Shown here in pieces: positions 26,394 through 32,963 of a DNA stretch of 64,000 bases. The notes under the pieces were generated by a model. The model saw only the letters and a list, made by a program, of their open reading frames with translations, ran no database searches and had not been told where the DNA came from. Positions within the stretch are counted from its first letter, which is position 1, and every line of letters begins with the position of its first letter. The position numbers and the translations under genes are program-made. This DNA comes from Bacillota bacterium. Lineage in GTDB: Bacteria > Bacillota_I > Bacilli_A > RF39 > UBA660. The stretch covers positions 12,170 to 76,169 of the forward strand of contig SVAP01000002.1 of the NCBI GenBank assembly GCA_015059335.1, in the 5' to 3' direction.

Positions 26394-26794
26394 TGAAAGA
26401 ATCATTTTGGGGTTATTTAATAATAATACTTGGTGTTTTTACTCTTTCTGTCATAATGTTATTTAATGATGTAACAAATACAAACGACCAGAATTATTAT
26501 CTGGTAAAAGAGGTTACTGAAGCTGCAATGTTGGACTCTGTAGATATTGCATATTATCGACAAACAGGTATTGTTTCCATAAACAAAGATAAATTTGCTG
26601 AAAACTTTTCTAGAAGATATGCAGAAAGTGCAGGACTAAATAAAACTTATAAAATAAAAATTTATGATATAGTAGAACAACCTCCTAAAGTAAGTTTAAG
26701 TGTTAGTTCTAAAACAGGTACAGTAAATATTTCTGGAACAGCAGAACAGTTTGATATAGTTAATAAAATAGATGCAATACTTGAAAATAAATAA
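26393..26794 (+). CDS. Small membrane-anchored protein of unknown function (133 aa)
   Basis: The ATG overlaps the upstream TAA by 1 nt. One N-terminal TM helix (GYLIIILGVFTLSVIMLF) followed by a ~100-aa soluble domain. Confidence 0.6.
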   Translation: MKESFWGYLIIILGVFTLSVIMLFNDVTNTNDQNYYLVKEVTEAAMLDSVDIAYYRQTGIVSINKDKFAENFSRRYAESAGLNKTYKIKIYDIVEQPPKVSLSVSSKTGTVNISGTAEQFDIVNKIDAILENK

Positions 26795-26833
26795 AAAATA
26801 TTAGTTATTTAAATAAATACTAATATTTTTTTT
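26795..26833 (+). terminator. Intrinsic terminator ending the secreted-protein trio
   Basis: aaaatattagt ... actaatatttt stem followed by a T run. Confidence 0.75.
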
Positions 26834-26860
26834 ATTATAAAACTTGATAAAATAAGCACA

Positions 26861-26890
26861 TGTACCAAAATGTACCAACTTGCACCAAAA
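26861..26890 (+). repeat. Three exactly phased 10-bp direct repeats upstream of promoter P1
   Basis: tgtaccaaaa / tgtaccaact / tgcaccaaaa, flanked on both sides by agcaca. Ends 25 nt upstream of the -35 box. Confidence 0.8.
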
Positions 26891-26914
26891 AGCACAGAAA
26901 AAAACCATAAAATG

Positions 26915-26943
26915 CTTGACTTGTGCTTGTCAAGTGGTATAAT
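26915..26943 (+). promoter_or_regulatory. Sigma-A-type promoter P1 with embedded inverted repeat
   Basis: -35 TTGACT (26916-21), 16-nt spacer, extended -10 TGgTATAAT (26935-43). CTTGAC-N8-GTCAAG overlaps the -35 box and spacer. Confidence 0.65.
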
Positions 26944-26960
26944 AAGGTAAAATGAGATAA

Positions 26961-26994
26961 GTATGGAGAAAGCAAAAATCCATGCTTTTTTTTT
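26961..26994 (+). terminator. Terminator T1, about 45 nt downstream of P1
   Basis: gtatgg ... ccatgc (6 bp including one G-U pair) followed by a 9-T run. Confidence 0.5.
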
Positions 26995-27011
26995 ATATTT
27001 TATTAAAAATA

Positions 27012-27040
27012 CTTGACAAGTTAAAAACAAGTGATAAAAT
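27012..27040 (+). promoter_or_regulatory. Sigma-A-type promoter P2, paralogous to P1
   Basis: -35 TTGACA (27013-18), 16-nt spacer, extended -10 TGaTAAAAT. Shares cttgac ... caagtg.ata.aat with P1. Confidence 0.6.
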
Positions 27041-27079
27041 ATAAATCAAAAATTTATATCTTGATTTTATAGAGAAAAA

Positions 27080-27117
27080 AAGCAGTACCCAAATCTCTTG
27101 TGTGTATTGCTTTTTTT
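27080..27117 (+). terminator. Terminator T2
   Basis: aagcagtac ... gtattgctt stem followed by a 7-T run. Confidence 0.55.
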
Positions 27118-27134
27118 CAAGGGGGGGAGTATAA

Positions 27135-27254
27135 ATGGTAAAATTTGGATTATTATTTGTATTGGATAACAATATATGGAGAGTTGATTTTTCTCCTTAT
27201 AGTTTTCTTGCCCCTATAAAATCAACTTCAATTTTTAATAAAAAGAGAAATTAA
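27135..27254 (+). CDS. Candidate 39-aa leader ORF MVKFGLLFVLDNNIWRVDFSPYSFLAPIKSTSIFNKKRN
   Basis: Preceded by a G7-containing SD (aagggggggag) 5 nt before the ATG. Its stop codon lies in the 5' arm of terminator T3. Below the ORF-track size cut-off. Confidence 0.4.
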   Translation: MVKFGLLFVLDNNIWRVDFSPYSFLAPIKSTSIFNKKRN

Positions 27255-27288
27255 TGGGATGTTTTCCCCTAAAATTTCTCTTTTTTTC
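27243..27288 (+). terminator. Terminator T3 immediately upstream of the regulator gene
   Basis: aagagaaatt ... aatttctctt 10-bp stem with an inner ggga/tccc pairing, followed by tttttt. Ends 20 nt before the AGGAGG SD of 27308. Confidence 0.7.
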
Positions 27289-27307
27289 ATGCTAGGAGGT
27301 TTTCAAT

Positions 27308-27778
27308 ATGGAAAATGAACAATTAGAAAACGAACAAGAATATGAGTTTGATTTGTTATCTAAAAAATTTATTTCTCAATTTAATATGGAAAAAACTGAA
27401 GAAAATGTTTCAGAAATAATGTCAAAGTTTTTTAAAGCACAGTATAAATTCACAAATATATTGCCACCACGTATGACTCCAAATTATGAATTAAGATATG
27501 AATATATTACTATGACTTATTCTGATTCTTTAGGAGACCATGTAGCAGATAAATTAGATACTAAACAGGAAATTATAAATTTTTATAATACAATAGCAGG
27601 TGCAATAACAAGAATGAATACTACTGAAAGAGTTTATTATGTAGAAATGTTACTTAACTCAAAATCTGAAAGACATACTGCTGATGTAATAGGTGTTTCT
27701 AGACGTTTGTTACCACCTATTAAAAATAGTTGTATATTGAAAATAGCACTAGCATTTGGTAAGGAAGTTGAATTATAA
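27308..27778 (+). CDS. ArpU-family / sigma-70 region-4-like transcriptional regulator
   Basis: AGGAGG SD. The C-terminal TERVYYVEMLLNSKSERHTADVIGVSRRLLPPIKNSCILKIALAFG has the layout of ArpU-type or sigma region-4 HTH proteins. The ~150-aa size fits. Confidence 0.45.
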   Translation: MENEQLENEQEYEFDLLSKKFISQFNMEKTEENVSEIMSKFFKAQYKFTNILPPRMTPNYELRYEYITMTYSDSLGDHVADKLDTKQEIINFYNTIAGAITRMNTTERVYYVEMLLNSKSERHTADVIGVSRRLLPPIKNSCILKIALAFGKEVEL

Positions 27779-28081
27779 CTTTACTATGAGTTTATAGGGA
27801 GCTCATTTCAAAAAACTAAATATAAAACAGAAAGTGAGGTGATGATGAACCAATATTTATAATAAGGTAATTATTGATTTGTGAAAACAAATAATAATTC
27901 CACACAAAATATCACAGAAGAAAAAATAATAGAAAACAACATTGCTGAAAAAACACAAAATTAATACCATTAATTATTATCTATTATTGATTTTTCCCGC
28001 TATATGGATTGTTTGAAAATAAGAAAGAGATATACATTTAATATCTAGAGAAAACCTTTTAAATATAAGAAATACTATAAT

Positions 28082-28105
28082 GCAACCAATTAGGTTGCTT
28101 TTTTT
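28082..28105 (+). terminator. Hairpin plus T run directly upstream of the TasA-like gene
   Basis: gcaacc-aatta-ggttgc followed by ttttttt. Overlapped by a TATAAT box at 28076-81, so it could equally be a 5' mRNA stem-loop. Confidence 0.45.
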
Positions 28106-28131
28106 AATTAATTAGAGGAGGAATTTAAAAT

Positions 28132-28749
28132 ATGAAAAAATTAAATAAAACAAACGAAAAAAGAAATAAGAAAAAATTATTAATAGTTACAATTATAAGT
28201 GCATTTACAATATTAGGTGGAACTCTTGCTTTCTTTACTACACATACAGAAATAGAAAATTTAGTTAAAACTGCATTATATCAACATAATATAGTTAAAA
28301 CTTGGGAAGCACCAGAAAATTGGCAACCTGCTGAAAAATTTACTCCATCATTTACTATAACTAATACTGGTAATATTGATATGGCTTTAAGAGCTAAATA
28401 TACAGAAAAATGGACTTCATCAGATGGCACTGATTTACCTACAACTAAAGGCAATTATAACGTTGCAATAATTCACACAGGAGCTTATTGGGATTTAGAT
28501 GAAGATGGATATTATTATTATAGAAATGTTAATGGTAATATACCTTTAAAACCAAATGAAACAACTCAATCATTTATTGAAGACATAATTTTCTTTGAAG
28601 GTATGGAGGCAACTTTAAACAAAACTGTGTCTGAAGATGGCAATACTATCACTTATACTTCTAGTGGTAGAGGATATGATGATGCGACTTATACTTTAAC
28701 TGTACAATTCGATACTTTTCAATTTGACAAAGCAAATAGTGTTTGGTAA
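28132..28749 (+). CDS. TasA/CalY/BsaA-family (camelysin-like) secreted matrix/fibre protein with SipW-type signal peptide
   Basis: Signal ...ILGGTLAFFTTHTE is the GGT(F/L)AFF(S/T)D-type SipW-dependent motif. It is followed by ENWQPAEKFTPSFTITNTGNIDMALRAKYTEKW, typical of the family. GAGGAGG SD. Confidence 0.75.
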   Translation: MKKLNKTNEKRNKKKLLIVTIISAFTILGGTLAFFTTHTEIENLVKTALYQHNIVKTWEAPENWQPAEKFTPSFTITNTGNIDMALRAKYTEKWTSSDGTDLPTTKGNYNVAIIHTGAYWDLDEDGYYYYRNVNGNIPLKPNETTQSFIEDIIFFEGMEATLNKTVSEDGNTITYTSSGRGYDDATYTLTVQFDTFQFDKANSVW

Positions 28750-28779
28750 TAAAAATCCTAGTTAGAAAGGAAATAAAAA

Positions 28780-29277
28780 ATGCTAACAAAAACTAAAAAT
28801 CTTATATTTAGAATCGTTTATATTTTAATATTGGTATATCTAATGATTTATATCCCCAGCTTCTGGGGATATAATCCATTAGTGGTTGTGTCAGGAAGTA
28901 TGGAACCATCATTAAAAGTTGGTGGACTACTTTATTATAATGAAAAAAACAAAGAAGACTTTAAAACCGGTGATATTATTGTATTTAAATCTAAAGAACA
29001 TATTATTTCTCACAGATTAGTAGAAAAAACAGAAACAGGATATATAACAAAAGGTGATGCTAATAATACAACTGATCCTCATGAAATAAAACATACTCAA
29101 TTATTGGGGGAAGGAACAAAATGGTGTATACCATTTCTTGGATATTATGCTGACTTTATTTATAGTAATAAATATTTGTTATATATATCTGTTGCAATTA
29201 TAACTCTTGATTTATGTAATGATGCTTATGGAGAACATAAAAGAAAAGTTGCAAAAAACAATGAAAAAATTGAATAA
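28780..29277 (+). CDS. sipW: Signal peptidase I, SipW (archaeal/ER-type S26B)
   Basis: VVSGSMEPSLKVGGLLYY, GDIIVFKS, ISHRLVEK, GYITKGDANNTTDP. A C-terminal TM helix is present. Located next to the TasA-like gene. Confidence 0.85.
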   Translation: MLTKTKNLIFRIVYILILVYLMIYIPSFWGYNPLVVVSGSMEPSLKVGGLLYYNEKNKEDFKTGDIIVFKSKEHIISHRLVEKTETGYITKGDANNTTDPHEIKHTQLLGEGTKWCIPFLGYYADFIYSNKYLLYISVAIITLDLCNDAYGEHKRKVAKNNEKIE

Positions 29278-30370
29278 ACTTTTAGCACTTATTCTTGCTA
29301 TACATTGTTCTCTATATCAAACTTATGCTTATTTTACTACTAGTTCTAAAGTAGAAAGTAAAATAAAAACTCTAGGTTATAATTTTACTTTAAATGGTAA
29401 TGGTGGTACTTTCGATTCTGAAAATATCACTATAATTAATAATTCTACTATACTACCTATACCTACTAAATTAGGATATAATTTTTTAGGTTATAGTAAT
29501 ATTTTAAATGGTGAGATAAATTATTCTAATAATATTAATAATGTTAATGAAATAAATAATAAAGAAATATTTGCTAATTGGGAATCAACAACGTATTCTA
29601 TTACCTATAATCTAGATAATGGAACTATCTTTAATCAAAAGACAGAATATAATGTTGAAGAAACATTTACTTTACCTAATCCAACAAAGACAGGACATAC
29701 ATTTTTAGGATGGACAGGTTCTAATGGAACAACACCACAAAAAGATTTATCAGTACAAAAAGGAACAACAGGTAATTTAGTTTTTAATGCTAATTGGGAA
29801 ACTCACTTATTTGAGGTTGATGTTAATCCAATAATTCAAAATACTACATATAATGGTGGAGTTAATAGCTTTACCTTTTCAGTATGGTTAAATGATGAAC
29901 AAGTAGCAGATAGAGTAACAGATTATTATAATGATGCAGTACCATATGGTTCAACTATAAGAGTATATGTATATGACAGAGATGGATATAATATAACTTC
30001 ATTTAGAGATAAAACATGGACTATTACTGAATCGTTGATTATAAATCCTAGTTGGTATGATAATATACCACCAACTATTACAACATTTAATGTTACTAAT
30101 CTTGGTTTACATGCAAATCAAGGAACAGAGACAGGATGGGATATCAGAATTTATGTTGATGGATATGATAGTGGTTCTGGAATACAAAAATATCAAACTT
30201 GGTTAGTACCATATGGTAATGGGTCTGGTTCTCCAAGAAAAGATGGAAATGATAGAACTATGACAGATGTTATAAATTTAAATACAGCAAGTGGAAGAAC
30301 ATTCTGTGCTTATGCAATTGATAATGCAGGTAATGAAGCTGAACAATGTAAAACAATAAAAGTTAATTAA
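29261..30370 (+). CDS. Secreted protein with a second SipW-type signal peptide and Listeria-Bacteroides (Flg_new/InlB B-type) repeats
   Basis: Start moved to ATG 29261 (MKKLNKLLALILAIHCSLYQTYAYFTTSSK). Repeats GYNFLGYSN and GHTFLGWTG. Overlaps the sipW end by 17 nt. Confidence 0.65.
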   Translation: MKKLNKLLALILAIHCSLYQTYAYFTTSSKVESKIKTLGYNFTLNGNGGTFDSENITIINNSTILPIPTKLGYNFLGYSNILNGEINYSNNINNVNEINNKEIFANWESTTYSITYNLDNGTIFNQKTEYNVEETFTLPNPTKTGHTFLGWTGSNGTTPQKDLSVQKGTTGNLVFNANWETHLFEVDVNPIIQNTTYNGGVNSFTFSVWLNDEQVADRVTDYYNDAVPYGSTIRVYVYDRDGYNITSFRDKTWTITESLIINPSWYDNIPPTITTFNVTNLGLHANQGTETGWDIRIYVDGYDSGSGIQKYQTWLVPYGNGSGSPRKDGNDRTMTDVINLNTASGRTFCAYAIDNAGNEAEQCKTIKVN

Positions 30371-30408
30371 ATTTTATATTAATATAAAATGATGAAAGGA
30401 AAAAATAT

Positions 30409-30744
30409 ATGAAAAAAATTAGTAAAGGTTCAATATATTATACAAATATAGAACAAAATGAGAAAAACAGCACTCCTGTTTTAGTGATTCAAAACAATAT
30501 TGGTAATGAAATAAATTCTTCAACAATAATTACACCAATTATTACAAAAGATTATGCAGGAAAAAAGAAAACTACACATATAGAATTAGATAGTTTAAAA
30601 AATGTAAGACCAAATTCTATTGTATGTTTAGAACAGATAAGAACAATTAATAAAAGCAAACTACATGGTTTTGTATGTATGCTTAAAGAAAGAGAAATAA
30701 GAAAAATAGATAAAGCAATAAAAATATCTTTAGGATTAAAGTAG
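30409..30744 (+). CDS. MazF/PemK (EndoA-like) endoribonuclease-fold protein with no adjacent antitoxin gene
   Basis: PVLVIQNNIGNEINSSTIITPIIT...THIELD...NSIVCLEQIRTINKSKL...IDKAIKISLGL parallels B. subtilis EndoA (PVLVIQNDIGN...PTHVEID...LLEQIRTIDKQRL...ALQISLAL, from memory). Confidence 0.7.
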   Translation: MKKISKGSIYYTNIEQNEKNSTPVLVIQNNIGNEINSSTIITPIITKDYAGKKKTTHIELDSLKNVRPNSIVCLEQIRTINKSKLHGFVCMLKEREIRKIDKAIKISLGLK

Positions 30745-30781
30745 ATTATAGGAAAATTACAATATGATTAAATTTACAGAT

Positions 30782-30811
30782 ACCACTTATTAGATAAGTG
30801 GTTATTTTTTT
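30782..30811 (+). terminator. Intrinsic terminator
   Basis: accactta-ttaga-taagtggt followed by a T run. Confidence 0.8.
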
Positions 30812-30887
30812 AAAAATAATACTAATAGAATGATAAGGTAATATTTACTTGGTTGTTATTTATGGGTGAATTTTTGGAGGGATAAAA

Positions 30888-31163
30888 ATGAAAAAAGATA
30901 ATTATGAACATTTAAAAGAAAAATTATTAATATGTAAGAACATGTCTTTAAATGAAATAGACGTTGATGAAATAGATGAAATATCAAGTGTAAAAATAGA
31001 TAGAAGAAAATCAAGTAATGAAAGAATACTTGATTTTTTAAATGGTGTTAAAAATCCTTATATTTTTAATATAAATGGAAGAATAGTTAAAATGAGTTTT
31101 TCTGATAGCGAAAAAACTGCTGATGATTGTTTAACAAACGTATTAAAAAATTTGTATAGATAG
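30888..31163 (+). CDS. Small conserved protein of the type found just upstream of clostridial large serine recombinases (91 aa)
   Basis: GGAGGG SD. The motif ILDFLNGVKNPYIFNINGRIVKMSF resembles the ...IKNPYCF..G...VK.SF small proteins I recall next to such recombinases. Confidence 0.45.
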   Translation: MKKDNYEHLKEKLLICKNMSLNEIDVDEIDEISSVKIDRRKSSNERILDFLNGVKNPYIFNINGRIVKMSFSDSEKTADDCLTNVLKNLYR

Positions 31164-31250
31164 TCAAGTGTACAAATAAAAAATTTCCACCTTCGATAAA
31201 AAAAATAAATTGAATTATGATTTGTTTGTGATTTGAAAGGAGGAAAATAT

Positions 31251-32963
31251 ATGGCAGGACGCGGAAAGAAAAAACAAAGTAAAACAGATTTAAACAACAG
31301 AAAATGGATTATTGGTTTTTATGGAAGACGTTCTTTTGATGATGGTGACTCAAACGAATCATATACAATTATTAATCAGAGAGCATTAATTGATTCCTTT
31401 TTAGAAAACAAACCAAACATAATAATTTACGATTATTATATTGATGATGGATATACAGGAACTAATTTTAATAGACCTGGGTTTAAAAGAATGATGCAAG
31501 ATGTAATTGATGGGAGAATAAATGGAATTATAGTAAAAGATTTATCTCGATTAGGGAGGAATCATAAGGAAGTTGGAAAATATATTGAAGAAGTATTTCC
31601 AATATACGATTTAAGAATAATATCTGTAAATGATAATGTTGATTCTTATTTAGACCCAGAATCAATTAATAGTCTAATTGTCCCTGTAAAGAATTTGATG
31701 AACGAAAGTTACTCAAAAGATATATCAAAAAAAGTTTCTAGTGCTTATGAAACAATGGCAAAAAATGGACAATTTGTTGGAGGAACAGCACCATATGGAT
31801 ATATGTTCGATCCAGAAGATAAACATCATTTAATACCAAATCCAGATGAAGTAGTTATAGTTAAAAAAATATTTGAAATGGCTTTATCTGGAAATGGTAG
31901 AATTAAAATTTGTAAATATCTAAACGATAATGGAATTCTGTGTAGAAAGGAACTTCAAAGGAGAAAAAAAAGAAAATTATCATTAGAACCTTATGAAATC
32001 ACTTCCACTTATTATTGGAGCACATCTACAATTGGTAGAATGCTCTCTAGTGAAACCTATATTGGAAATTTAGTTCAATTAAAGACAAAACGTGTAACAT
32101 TTGGTGAGGATAAATATATACAAAAAGATAGAGATGAATGTATTTATTCTGAAAATACACATGAGGCAATTATATCAAAAGAAACTTTTTTTAAAGTACA
32201 AGAAATAGTTAAACAAAACGAAAAAAAGAAAAATTTGCCATGTCCAACAAATTATTCAATATTTAGAGGAATATTAAAATGTGCTGATTGCGGTAGAGCA
32301 ATGACAAAACAGGAAGATTTCAGAGGAAATCGTCAATTATCAAACTATTTTTGTATGAGTTATTTGCAAATAAGTAAATCATGTACTCCGCACAAAATAA
32401 GGACAAAAGATTTAGAAAATACTGTATTAGAGGCAATTCAACTACAAATAAAATTAGTGATTGAATTAGAAAAAAGTTTAACTAAACTCTATTATAAAAG
32501 TAATCAGGGTTCAATAGAAAATGAATATAAACATAATGTGAAAATAACAGAAATTAAAATTTTTAATTTGAACGAACAAAAAAGAAAAGCATATGAGGAA
32601 TGGAAATTTAACGTAATTGAAAAAAGTAAATTTATAAAGATTTCAGAGGAAATTGAAAATAAAATTAAACAGTTAAATGAACAAATAGAGTTTTATACAT
32701 TGAATTATAAAGATAAAATAAAAAAAGCAAAAAAAAATGATTATTGGATAGGACATTATAAAAGAAATCGAAAAATTAAAAACCTCTCAAGGGAAGTATT
32801 AAATGAATTAATAGAGGTGATTCATGTTTCAGAAAATGGCAATATAAACTTGAAGTTTAAATATCACGATGAATATTTGAATTTAGTAAATTATTTAGAA
32901 AGTGAAGGAGTAATTGGAAATGAAAAAATGGAAATTAGCAATTTATCGCAGGCGTTCATTTGA
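31251..32963 (+). CDS. Large serine recombinase 1
   Basis: AGGAGG SD with ATG 31251. Resolvase core FYGRRSFDD...YIDDGYTGTNFNRPGFKRMM...IIVKDLSRLGRN. Recombinase domain APYGY. Zn-ribbon LKCADCGRAM. Coiled-coil C-terminus. Confidence 0.9.
   Translation: MAGRGKKKQSKTDLNNRKWIIGFYGRRSFDDGDSNESYTIINQRALIDSFLENKPNIIIYDYYIDDGYTGTNFNRPGFKRMMQDVIDGRINGIIVKDLSRLGRNHKEVGKYIEEVFPIYDLRIISVNDNVDSYLDPESINSLIVPVKNLMNESYSKDISKKVSSAYETMAKNGQFVGGTAPYGYMFDPEDKHHLIPNPDEVVIVKKIFEMALSGNGRIKICKYLNDNGILCRKELQRRKKRKLSLEPYEITSTYYWSTSTIGRMLSSETYIGNLVQLKTKRVTFGEDKYIQKDRDECIYSENTHEAIISKETFFKVQEIVKQNEKKKNLPCPTNYSIFRGILKCADCGRAMTKQEDFRGNRQLSNYFCMSYLQISKSCTPHKIRTKDLENTVLEAIQLQIKLVIELEKSLTKLYYKSNQGSIENEYKHNVKITEIKIFNLNEQKRKAYEEWKFNVIEKSKFIKISEEIENKIKQLNEQIEFYTLNYKDKIKKAKKNDYWIGHYKRNRKIKNLSREVLNELIEVIHVSENGNINLKFKYHDEYLNLVNYLESEGVIGNEKMEISNLSQAFI

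Noticed and set aside
26809-27030. 73-aa minus-strand ORF in the 26.8-27.3 kb intergenic region
   Set aside because: It covers the iterons, promoter P1, terminator T1 and promoter P2 on the opposite strand. It has no SD, and its hydrophobic low-complexity translation is typical of antisense AT-rich DNA.
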